Shown piece by piece: positions 38,577 through 48,861 of a stretch of 64,000 bases of DNA; within the stretch, counting starts at the first letter, position 1; every line of letters starts with the position of its first letter. Under the pieces are notes generated by a model. It did not search any database. It saw only the letters and a list, made by a program, of their open reading frames with translations, and was not told the DNA's origin. The position numbers were made by a program, and so were the translations under genes. This stretch comes from Phyllobates terribilis (lineage: Eukaryota), in contig NW_027362768.1 of the NCBI RefSeq assembly GCF_046119375.1, positions 188,418,001 to 188,482,000 on the forward strand. The letters are read 5' to 3'.

Positions 38577-39362
38577 TGTAAAGTCCGAAGCCTCTCGTTC
38601 TGCAAAATAAAAAAAAAAATAATCTATATTGTGATGCCAGAAACGAGAGCGGGTGGTAACGGAGCGGACGGACCCTGTATCACAGCAGCCATTTACACCT
38701 CCCCAAGTCCAGGCCAAACCGGGACCACCTCGCTGGATACTAGTCAGTGTTGCAAACAACCCCATTAATATCAGAGGTAGCAGGGCTGCAGACAATCACA
38801 CATACACCAGTATATAACACAGGGTACGAGCGAGTAATCACATCCAACGTGGAGGTGGCCGAGCACAGGGCGGCCGTGTATCCATCAGCGCCTCGCTGAG
38901 AGCTAATAAATAATGTATAGGGCTGGTGGCGAGATAATGTATCGACGCCCTATACTGTGACGTGCGAGCGGCTCCTACACGAGAGCGGAATATGTGGACG
39001 TACAGAACATTCCGGATCTCCGTGCAGATACACAGGACGGCCGCTTACTGCACAAGTCATAATCAGGTAGTGGGGAAACACAGGGAAATATCCCAGAAGG
39101 TCACATTGTATCCACATGTTGCATTTCTGCCATCTGAGAATCTGCAACTGAATTGCAACATTTCCATTTCTGAGCACAATGGTATGGCAGCCGCTGGGAG
39201 GGCGACCAAGTCCGCTCCTGACCGGCGCTGAACGTGAATCTTCCGAAATTCATTTGGGCAAATCAATTCGATCTGAATAAAATCAGGTAATAAGATGAAA
39301 AGGCGTTTAGTACTCTCTGAAAGAGCCTCTCCAGACCCCAAAGCAAAATAAAAAGGAGGGAA

Positions 39363-41945
39363 GAGACCCACAGTGCTCACACCCAGCCTGCATTACTGGG
39401 AGAGACCCACAGAGCTCACACCCAGCCTGCATTACTGGGAGAGACCCACAGAGCTCACACCCAGCCTGCATTACTGGGAGAGACCCACAGTGCTCACACC
39501 CAGGCTGCATTACTGGGAGAGACCCACAGAGCTCACACCCAGCCTGCATTACTGGGAGAGACCCACAGAGCTCACACCCAGCCTGCATTACTGGGAGAGA
39601 CCCACAGAGCTCACACCCAGCCTGCATTACTGGGAGAGACCCACAGAGCTCACACCCAGCCTGCATTACTGGGAGAGACCCACAGAGCTCACATCCAGCC
39701 TGTATTACTGGGAGAGACCCACAGAGCTCACATTCAGCTTGTATTACTGGGAGAGACCCACAGAGCTCACACCCAGCCTGCATTACTGGGAGAGACCCAC
39801 AGAGCTCACACCCAGCCTGCATTACTGGGAGAGACCCACAGAGCTCACATCCAGCCTGCATTACTGGGAGAGACCCACAGAGCTCACATCCAGCCTATAT
39901 TACTGGGAGAGACCCACAGAGCTCACATCCAGCCTGTATTACTGCGAGAGACCCACAGAGCTCACATCCAGCCTGTATTACTGGGAGAGACCCACAGAGC
40001 TCACATCCAGCTTGTATTACAGGGAGAGACCCACAGAGCTCACATCCAGCCTGTGTTACTGGGAGAGACCCACAGAGCTCACATCCAGCCTGTATTACTG
40101 GGAGAGACCCACAGAGCTCACATCCAGCCTGTGTTACTGGGAGAGACCCACTGTGGTTACATCCAGCCTGTGTTACTGGGAGAGACCCACTGTGGTCACA
40201 TCCAGCCTGTATTACTGGGAGAGACCCACTGTGGTCACATCCAGCCTGTATTACTGGGAGAGACCCATTGTGGTCACATCCAGCCTGTATTACTGGGAGA
40301 GACCCACTGTGGTCACATCCAGCCTGTATTACTGGGAGAGACCCACTGTGGTCACATCCAGCCTGTATTACTGGGAGAGACCCACTGTGGTCACATCCAG
40401 CCTGTATTACTGGGAGAGACCCACTGTGGTCACATCCAGCCTGTATTACTGGGAGAGACCCACTGTGGTCACATCCAGCCTGTATTACTGGGAGAGACCC
40501 ACTGTGGTCACATCCAGCCTGTATTACTGGGAGAGACCCACTGTGGTCACATCCAGCCTGTATTACTGGGAGAGACCCACTGTGGTCACATCCAGCCTAT
40601 ATTACTGGGAGAGACCCACTGTGGTCACATCCAGCCTATATTACTGGGAGAGACCCACTGTGGTCACATCCAGCCTATATTACTGGGAGAGACCCACAGA
40701 GCTCACATCCAGCCTATATTACTGGGAGAGATCCACAGAGCTCACATCCAGCCTATATTACTGGGAGAGACCCACAGAGCTCACATCCAGCCTATATTAC
40801 TGGGAGAGACCCACAGAGCTCACACCCAGCCTATATTACTGGGAGAGACCCACAGAGCTCACACCCAGCCTATATTACTGGGAGAGACCCACAGAGCTCA
40901 CACCCAGCCTATATTACTGGGAGAGACCCACAGAGCTCACACCCAGCCTATATTACTGGGAGAGACCCACAGAGCTCACACCCAGCCTATATTACTGGGG
41001 GAGACCCACAGAGCTCACACCCAGCCTATATTACTGGGAGAGACCCACAGAGCTCACACCCAGCCTATATTACTGGGAGAGACCCACAGAGCTCACACCC
41101 AGCCTATATTACTGGGAGAGACCCACAGAGCTCACACCCAGCCTATATTACTGGGAGAGACCCACAGAGCTCACACCCAGCCTATATTACTGGGAGAGAC
41201 CCACAGAGCTCACACCCAGCCTATATTACTGGGAGAGACCCACAGAGCTCACACCCAGCCTATATTACTGGGAGAGACCCACAGAGCTCACACCCAGCCT
41301 ATATTACTGGGAGAGACCCACAGAGCTCACACCCAGCCTATATTACTGGGAGAGACCCACAGAGCTCACACCCAGCCTATATTACTGGGAGAGACCCACA
41401 GAGCTCACACCCAGCCTATATTACTGGGAGAGACCCACAGAGCTCACACCCAGCCTGCATCACTGGGAGAGACTCACAGAGCTCACACCCAGACTGCATC
41501 ACTGGGAGAGACCCAGAGAGCTCACACCCAGCCTGTATTACTGGGAGAGACCCACAGAGCTCACATCCAGCCTGTATTACTGGGAGAGACCCACAGAGCT
41601 CACATCCAGCCTGTATTACTGGGAGAGACCCACAGAGCTCACATCCAGCCTGTATTACTGGGAGAGACCCACAGAGCTCACATCCAGCCTATATTACTGG
41701 GAGAGACCCACAGAGCTCACATCCAGCCTATATTACTGGGAGAGACCCACAGAGCTCACATCCAGCCTATATTACTGGGAGAGACCCACAGAGCTCACAC
41801 CCAGCCTGCATCACTGGGAGAGACCCAGAGAGCTCACACCCAGCCTATATTATTGGGAGAGACACACAGACCTCACATCCAGCCTATATTACTGGGAGAG
41901 ACACACTGTGGTCACATCCAGCCTACATTACTGGGAGAGACACAC
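39363..41945. repeat. Minisatellite E, 39-bp unit (gagagacccacagagctcacacccagcctgcattactgg), about 66 copies, in USP33 intron 1
   Basis: 13-aa periodic ORFs; direct periodicity. Confidence 0.97.
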
Positions 41946-42902
41946 AGCGCTGCGTTTCGTCCACTGCTTCTGTCACCACCGTCCCTTGATGACCTTCTGT
42001 TTCGGCCGCGGTGATGGAGAAGTGACTGCAGCTTCTATCACACCGCTACACTCCTTCTGTCACCGCCACTTCGGTGCTTGTGGTCACTGTTATTTTCAGA
42101 CATCCCCCTTTAACCTTTTACCAGCAGTTATGTCCTCTCCCTGAACCCATTACAGGCAGCTGTATCCTCCTCCTTTATCTGAGCAGCAGAAAATGCAGAC
42201 ATTTTATTACACGACTGATGCAGAAGACTCTATAGGAGAATAAGTTCTGGCTCCAGATCGGAGCTCGGCTATCAGGCAGATGTCGTATGCAATCACCCCT
42301 CCACCCCCTCTTCTTTGGGAGACAGCAACTATCGGGACGCGCCTCCCCCATCCAGCGCTCACTCGGATGTGGAAGTAAAACCCACATAGCAGAATGATGA
42401 GGAAATCACCGGATTCATTCACCAATGACCAGGACCTCAGAAAAAGTCTTAGAATTTCTTCTCCAGTCACAGTTTACGCTTCCTGTAACGCTGCCACCCG
42501 GTGGCCAAAACATCATGAAAAAAGCACAACATAGAAAATCACAAAACTGTCACCATGTAACAATAGGACGAATAGTATCCATAGGTACACGGGCCAGCGT
42601 GTATACAGGCGGAGCGTATACAGTGTGTATACAGAGCGGGGCGTATACAGGTGCAGGGTGTATAATGTACACAGCTCTGCAGATTATATCCTCCTGTGCA
42701 GACTGCGCTGCTGTATACAGTGTATAGATGACATATGGAGGTGCAGTATATACACACACCCATCACCCTGTATACAGCTGTATATATAAAGAGTATATAT
42801 CCTTCTGCACAAACTGTTATATATATATATATATATAACATATGGGGGTGCAGTATATATATGTGAACACACCCATTATACTGTATATAACTATATTACT
42901 CC

Positions 42903-43049
42903 NNNNNNNNNNNNNNNNNNNNNNNNNNNNNNNNNNNNNNNNNNNNNNNNNNNNNNNNNNNNNNNNNNNNNNNNNNNNNNNNNNNNNNNNNNNNNNNNNN
43001 NNNNNNNNNNNNNNNNNNNNNNNNNNNNNNNNNNNNNNNNNNNNNNNNN
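42903..43049. other. Assembly gap (147 N) flanked by TA-rich low-complexity sequence
   Basis: Run of N. Confidence 0.99.
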
Positions 43050-43141
43050 GCACATATATATCTCCTGCACAGTCTGCAGCGTCCTCAGGCTATATATGTG
43101 ACACATGGGGTCGTGCCCTGGCCGCCCCGGTCGCCGCTCAC

Positions 43142-43265
43142 CTGCCCCGCTCCGGCTCCGGTCTCCGCTGTCTGTGGCCCCGGGGCCGCGACTCTATTTC
43201 TCCTGTCTTCTCGGTGTCTGCGGCTTCCGGGGCTGGGCTAAGTCACAGCGACACCTGGCGGCCGC
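43142..43265 (-). promoter_or_regulatory. USP33: Probable USP33 CpG-rich promoter and non-coding first exon (donor after 43142)
   Basis: CpG-dense segment; minus-strand CAG|gtgagc donor; ETS-type CCGGAAG at 43224-43230; no ATG in the exon; upstream of the acceptor at 38599. An assembly gap lies in between. Confidence 0.6.
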
Positions 43266-43994
43266 CTGAAGCTCTGCACCGCGCAGTCACAGCGGCATCT
43301 AGCGGCAGGCCGCAAAATCTGCACCTTGTGTCCAGCCTCTGTATTGCATTTAGCAGACACAGCGCCACCTTGTGGACTATGTATGCAGTTTCGGCTACAT
43401 AGAACGCTTTCACTGTTGATTTTTTTGGGCCACAGGTGCGGTGATTGAAAAACGACAAAACACCTTTTTTTTTTCTCTAACTTTTTTACTTATTTTTTTC
43501 ACCCCCGCTAGTACATAAGGTGTGCGGCTCATTAAGTCACTAAGGTGGTCAGTCAGCCCTAATCAGTGACTAGGCTGGTCACTGGGATACAGGGCTGCCC
43601 AGTGCTAGACAGTGAGAGCCATGATTAGGTGAACTGCTCTGATAACTGCTGATGCTGGGGATTGAGCAGGACTGATAAGAGTTCTGTCAGGAGCTGAGAA
43701 GGAGGAGGAGGGAGGTGAGCAGATACCTGTGCAGAAATCAATGGGCTGGAGAGGGTGGCTGGGATGTTAGGAGGTAACTCTTCTCCTGCACTGTAAGTAC
43801 TGTGAACACCCAGCAAGTACTGGGCACTTAATAATGGCCGAGCTCCTCGGAAACAAGCTGTACACTATGAAAGATAAAGGCTCATACAACAGAAGAATGA
43901 CAGCAGATAGAGAAACAATGTCAATTGCAAACGTGCCCCTATACACAGGAAGCGTTCCTGTGTTCTCTATGAGAAAGTGACTGCCTAACCCCCT

Positions 43995-44582
43995 CTGCCC
44001 TGCTCCAGACTCCTCTGTCCTCCTCCTCTCTCCAGACTCCTTTGTCCTCCTCTTTTTCCCTCCAGACTCCTCTGTCCTCCTTTTTCATCCAGACTCCTCT
44101 GGCATCCTCCATCCAGACTCCTCTTTCCTCCGCATCCTCCCTCCAGAGTCATCTGTCCTCTCTCCAGACTCCTCTGTCCTCCTCCTGCTCCCTCCAGTCT
44201 CCTCTGTCCTCCTCCGTCCAGACTCCTCTGTCCTCCTTCCAGACTCCTCTGGCCTCCTCCCTCTAGACTCCTCTGTCCTCCTCCTCCTCCCTCCAGAGTC
44301 ATCTGTCCTCCTCTGTCCAGACTCCTCTGTCCTCCTCTTCCCTCCAGACTCCTCTGCCCTCCTCTTCCCTCCAGACTGCCCTGTCCTTTGCCTCCCCACA
44401 GATTCCTCTGTCCTCCTTCTCCTTCCAGACTCCTTCTGTCCTCCTCCCTCCAAACTCCTCTGTCCTCCTCCGCCTTCCTCCAGACTCCTTTGTCCTCTTC
44501 CTCCCTCCAGACTCCTCTGGCCTCCTCCCTCTAGACTCCTTTGTCCTCCTCCTCCTCCCTCCAGACTCCTCTGTCCTCCTTC
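43995..44582. repeat. Pyrimidine-rich degenerate repeat (ctccagactcctctgtcctc...)
   Basis: About 20 recurrences of ccagactcct with variable CT spacers. Confidence 0.9.
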
Positions 44583-44720
44583 TCTTTCCAGCGCCCGTGG
44601 ACTGGGGGGAGTCACACAGGGGTTAAGCCATTGTGATTGGGGGGCTCCGATTGCAGCATCTTTCCATTATAGAAGCAGAAATTAGCTGCAGATTTCCTCC
44701 TACTTATTAATGGCGGCCGT

Positions 44721-44770
44721 GGTTTTATGGTTTTATGGTTTTGTGGTTTTGTGGTTTTATGGTTTTGTGG
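44721..44770. repeat. (GGTTTTRT)n microsatellite, about 6 copies
   Basis: Read directly. Confidence 0.85.
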
Positions 44771-45213
44771 GTTTGCAGAATTTCTGCTGCCATTAACAGT
44801 AAGGAATCCACAGTACAAATAATGTTACAATTAAAACTGTAAAGTCGAAACGCGTCATCTTGTCACATTCCTGTTATGATTTTTTAATGGAATGGAATTT
44901 AATGGAACATCCATAAAATCATTTATATTTTATTGGAGACGCCGGCTCCTGTTTTTCTTCGGTTGGACTTTGTTTGCATTAGTAGGCGGCCTGCCGGGTC
45001 TCTGGATTTATATGTGGTGGTGGTGGAGGGGTGTAAATGGTGATCTGGAATCTTTTCTTTGCTGAACAGTTATCTAATGACTGTGGGCAGATGTGATGAG
45101 ACAGGTCTGCATGAGGCGTAGAACTACAAGATCCAGCATTAGAGGCCACGAGGTTGTGGAGCAGCAGAACATCGCTGGGGACATTTATCACTGCGCGGTG
45201 CAACAGATCCAGA

Positions 45214-48200
45214 GCTGTCAATCACTGAGAAGGTTCTGATGGCCGCTCTTCTGCTGTCAATCACTGAGAAGGTTCTGATGGCCGCTCTTCTGCTGTCAAT
45301 CACTGAGAAGGTTCTGATGGCCGCTCTCCTGCTGTCAATCACTGAGAAGGTTCTGATGGCCGCTCTTCTGCTGTCAATCACTGAGAAGGTTCTGATGGCC
45401 GCTCTTCTGCTGTCAATCACTGAGAAGGTTCTGATGGCCGCTCTTCTGCTGTCAATCACTGAGAAGGTTCTGATGGCCGCTCTTCTGCTGTCAATCACTG
45501 AGAAGGTTCTGATGGCCGCTCTTCTGCTGTCAATCACTGAGAAGGTTCTGATGGCCGCTCTTCTGCTGTCAATCACTGAGAAGGTTCTGATGGCCGCTCT
45601 CCTGCTGTCAATCACTGAGAAGGTTCTGATGGCCGCTCTTCTGCTGTCAATCACTGAGAAGGTTCTGATGGCCGCTCTCCTGCTGTCAATCACTGAGAAG
45701 GTTCTGATGGCCGCTCTCCTGCTGTCAATCACTGAGAAGGTTCTGATGGCCGCTCTTCTGCTGTCAATCACTGAGAAGGTTCTGATGGCCGCTCTTCTGC
45801 TGTCAATCACTGAGAAGGTTCTGATGGCCGCTCTTCTGCTGTCAATCACTGAGAAGGTTCTGATGGCCGCTCTCCTGCTGTCAATCACTGAGAAGGTTCT
45901 GATGGCCGCTCTTCTGCTGTCAATCACTGAGGTTCTGATGGCCGCTCTCCTGCTGTCAATCACTGAGAAGGTTCTGATGGCCGCTCTTCTGCTGTCAATC
46001 ACTGAGAAGGTTCTGATGGCCACTCTCCTGCTGTCAATCACTGAGAAGGTTCTGATGGCTGCTCTTCTGCTGTCAATCACTGAGAAGGTTCTGATGGCCG
46101 CTCTTCTGCTGTCAATCACTGAGAAGGTTCTGATGGCCGCTCTTCTGCTGTCAATCACTGAGAAGGTTCTGATGGCCGCTCTTCTGCTGTCAATCACTGA
46201 GAAGGTTCTGATGGCCGCTCTTCTGCTGTCAATCAATGAGAAGGTTCTGATGGCCGCTCTTCTGCTGTCAATCACTGAGAAGGTTCTGATGGCTGCTCTT
46301 CTGCTGTCAATCACTGAGAAGGTTCTGATGGCCGCTCTCCTGCTGTCAATCACTGAGAAGGTTCTGATGGCCGCTCTTCTGCTGTCAATCACTGAGAAGG
46401 TTCTGATGGCCGCTCTCCTGCTGTCAATCACTGAGAAGGTTCTGATGGCCGCTCTTCTGCTGTCAATCACTGAGAAGGTTCTGATGGCCGCTCTTCTGCT
46501 GTCAATCACTGAGAAGGTTCTGATGGCCGCTCTTCTGCTGTCAATCACTGAGAAGGTTCTGATGGCCGCTCTTCTGCTGTCAATCACTGAGAAGGTTCTG
46601 ATGGCCGCTCTTCTGCTGTCAATCACTGAGAAGGTTCTGATGGCCGCTCTTCTGCTGTCAATCACTGAGAAGGTTCTGATGGCCGCTCTCCTGCTGTCAA
46701 TCACTGAGAAGGTTCTGATGGCCGCTCTTCTGCTGTCAATCACTGAGAAGGTTCTGATGGCCGCTCTCCTGCTGTCAATCACTGAGAAGGTTCTGATGGC
46801 CGCTCTCCTGCTGTCAATCACTGAGGTTCTGATGGCCGCTCTCCTGCTGTCAATCACTGAGAAGGTTCTGATGGCCGCTCTCCTGCTGTCAATCACTGAG
46901 AAGGTTCTGATGGCCGCTCTTCTGCTGTCAATCACTGAGAAGGTTCTGATGGCCGCTCTTCTGCTGTCAATCACTGAGAAGGTTCTGATGGCCGCTCTTC
47001 TGCTGTCAATCACTGAGAAGGTTCTGATGGCCGCTCTCCTGCTGTCAATCACTGAGAAGGTTCTGATGGCCGCTCTTCTGCTGTCAATCACTGAGGTTCT
47101 GATGGCCGCTCTCCTGCTGTCAATCACTGAGAAGGTTCTGATGGCCGCTCTTCTGCTGTCAATCACTGAGAAGGTTCTGATGGCCACTCTCCTGCTGTCA
47201 ATCACTGAGAAGGTTCTGATGGCTGCTCTTCTGCTGTCAATCACTGAGAAGGTTCTGATGGCCGCTCTTCTGCTGTCAATCACTGAGAAGGTTCTGATGG
47301 CCGCTCTTCTGCTGTCAATCACTGAGAAGGTTCTGATGGCCGCTCTTCTGCTGTCAATCACTGAGAAGGTTCTGATGGCCGCTCTTCTGCTGTCAATCAA
47401 TGAGAAGGTTCTGATGGCCGCTCTTCTGCTGTCAATCACTGAGAAGGTTCTGATGGCTGCTCTTCTGCTGTCAATCACTGAGAAGGTTCTGATGGCCGCT
47501 CTCCTGCTGTCAATCACTGAGAAGGTTCTGATGGCCGCTCTTCTGCTGTCAATCACTGAGAAGGTTCTGATGGCCGCTCTCCTGCTGTCAATCACTGAGA
47601 AGGTTCTGATGGCCGCTCTCCTGCTGTCAATCACTGAGAAGGTTCTGATGGCCGCTCTTCTGCTGTCAATCACTGAGAAGGTTCTGATGGCCGCTCTTCT
47701 GCTGTCAATCACTGAGAAGGTTCTGATGGCCGCTCTTCTGCTGTCAATCACTGAGAAGGTTCTGATGGCTGCTCTTCTGCTGTCAATCACTGAGAAGGTT
47801 CTGATGGCCGCTCTCCTGCTGTCAATCACTGAGAAGGTTCTGATGGCCGCTCTTCTGCTGTCAATCACTGAGAAGGTTCTGATGGCCGCTCTTCTGCTGT
47901 CAATCACTGAGAAGGTTCTGATGGCCGCTCTTCTGCTGTCAATCACTGAGAAGGTTCTGATTGCCGCTCTTCTGCTGTCAATCACTGAGAAGGTTCTGAT
48001 GGCCGCTCTTCTGCTGTCAATCACTGAGAAGGTTCTGATGGCCGCTCTTCTGCTGTCAATCACTGAGAAGGTTCTGATGGCCGCTCTTCTGCTGTCAATC
48101 ACTGAGAAGGTTCTGATGGCCGCTCTCCTGCTGTCAATCACTGAGAAGGTTCTGATGGCCGCTCTCCTGCTGTCAATCACTGAGAAGGTTCTGATGGCCG

Positions 48201-48282
48201 CTCTCCTGCTGTCAATCACTGAGAAGGTTCTGATGGCCGCTCTCCTGCTGTCAATCACGGAGAAGGTTCTGATGGCCGCTCT
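45214..48282. repeat. Minisatellite G, 39-bp unit (ctgctgtcaatcactgagaaggttctgatggccgctctt), about 79 copies, between the USP33 and MIGA1 promoters
   Basis: 13-aa periodic ORFs on both strands; highly homogeneous. Confidence 0.97.
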
Positions 48283-48639
48283 GCCGTGTGTGGAGAATCC
48301 TGGTGACAAGATGCCGTTCATGATCACCGCCTGTAAATTCAGGGCACAGGACGCAGAATAAAGAGGCAAGAACAGTATATGGGCCCTTTACAGTCCAATA
48401 GTTCATCATAATGCACAATCCCACCTGATCTGGAGGCAGAACCGGGACCCTGAGCAGCTGCAGAGTCCACCATTGTTATGTCCACCCCTGACTCAGGGCA
48501 CAGACCCCTCTCTACCCCTGGTGCCCCTCACCCCATATTCCTTTCATCCCCTCTCCTCCTCTTGTTCCCCCATCCCTTCATTCCCTCTCATCCCCTCTTC
48601 TCTTCTTCCCCTCTTCTTTCTCCTCCGCTTTGTGCAGGT

Positions 48640-48721
48640 CGCTCCGCTCTGGCCCCGCCCCCGGAAGCGGCCCCTCCCCCTGCTGAGGCTCCATCAGTGC
48701 TGGGAGCAGCCTGTGTGACAG
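48640..48721 (+). promoter_or_regulatory. MIGA1: Probable MIGA1 promoter and non-coding first exon (donor after 48721)
   Basis: GC box ccccgccc at about 48652-48660, ETS CCGGAAG at 48661-48667, then gtgacag|gtaggt donor; upstream of the acceptor at 59700. Confidence 0.55.
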
Positions 48722-48861
48722 GTAGGTGAGGAGTATACAGCTGTATACAGTGAGGGCGCGGAGCTGCAGCTGCCCGTACACCTGTGCTGCCAGCTTTGCC
48801 GTGATGGAGGAGTGTGGTGGGTACAAAAGGGAGCTCCATCCCCTGAACATGCAGAGGAGAC

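Noticed and set aside
39373-42144. 923-, 653- and 573-aa repeat ORFs
   Set aside because: They are translations of minisatellite E, open in all three plus frames and antisense within a USP33 intron.
44840-44960. cgaaacgcgt followed by an AT-rich tract, reminiscent of Penelope-like or retrozyme ends (also at about 12488)
   Set aside because: There is no upstream CTGATGA or folding partner and no ORF remnant; too little to call.
45139-48369. 1040-aa and 1076-aa ORFs on opposite strands (MAALLLSITEKVL and AAIRTFSVIDSRR repeats)
   Set aside because: The 39-bp unit is a multiple of 3 with no stop in those frames, and the 3-bp deletions fit slippage in gagaag. There is no splice structure, domain or codon-position bias.
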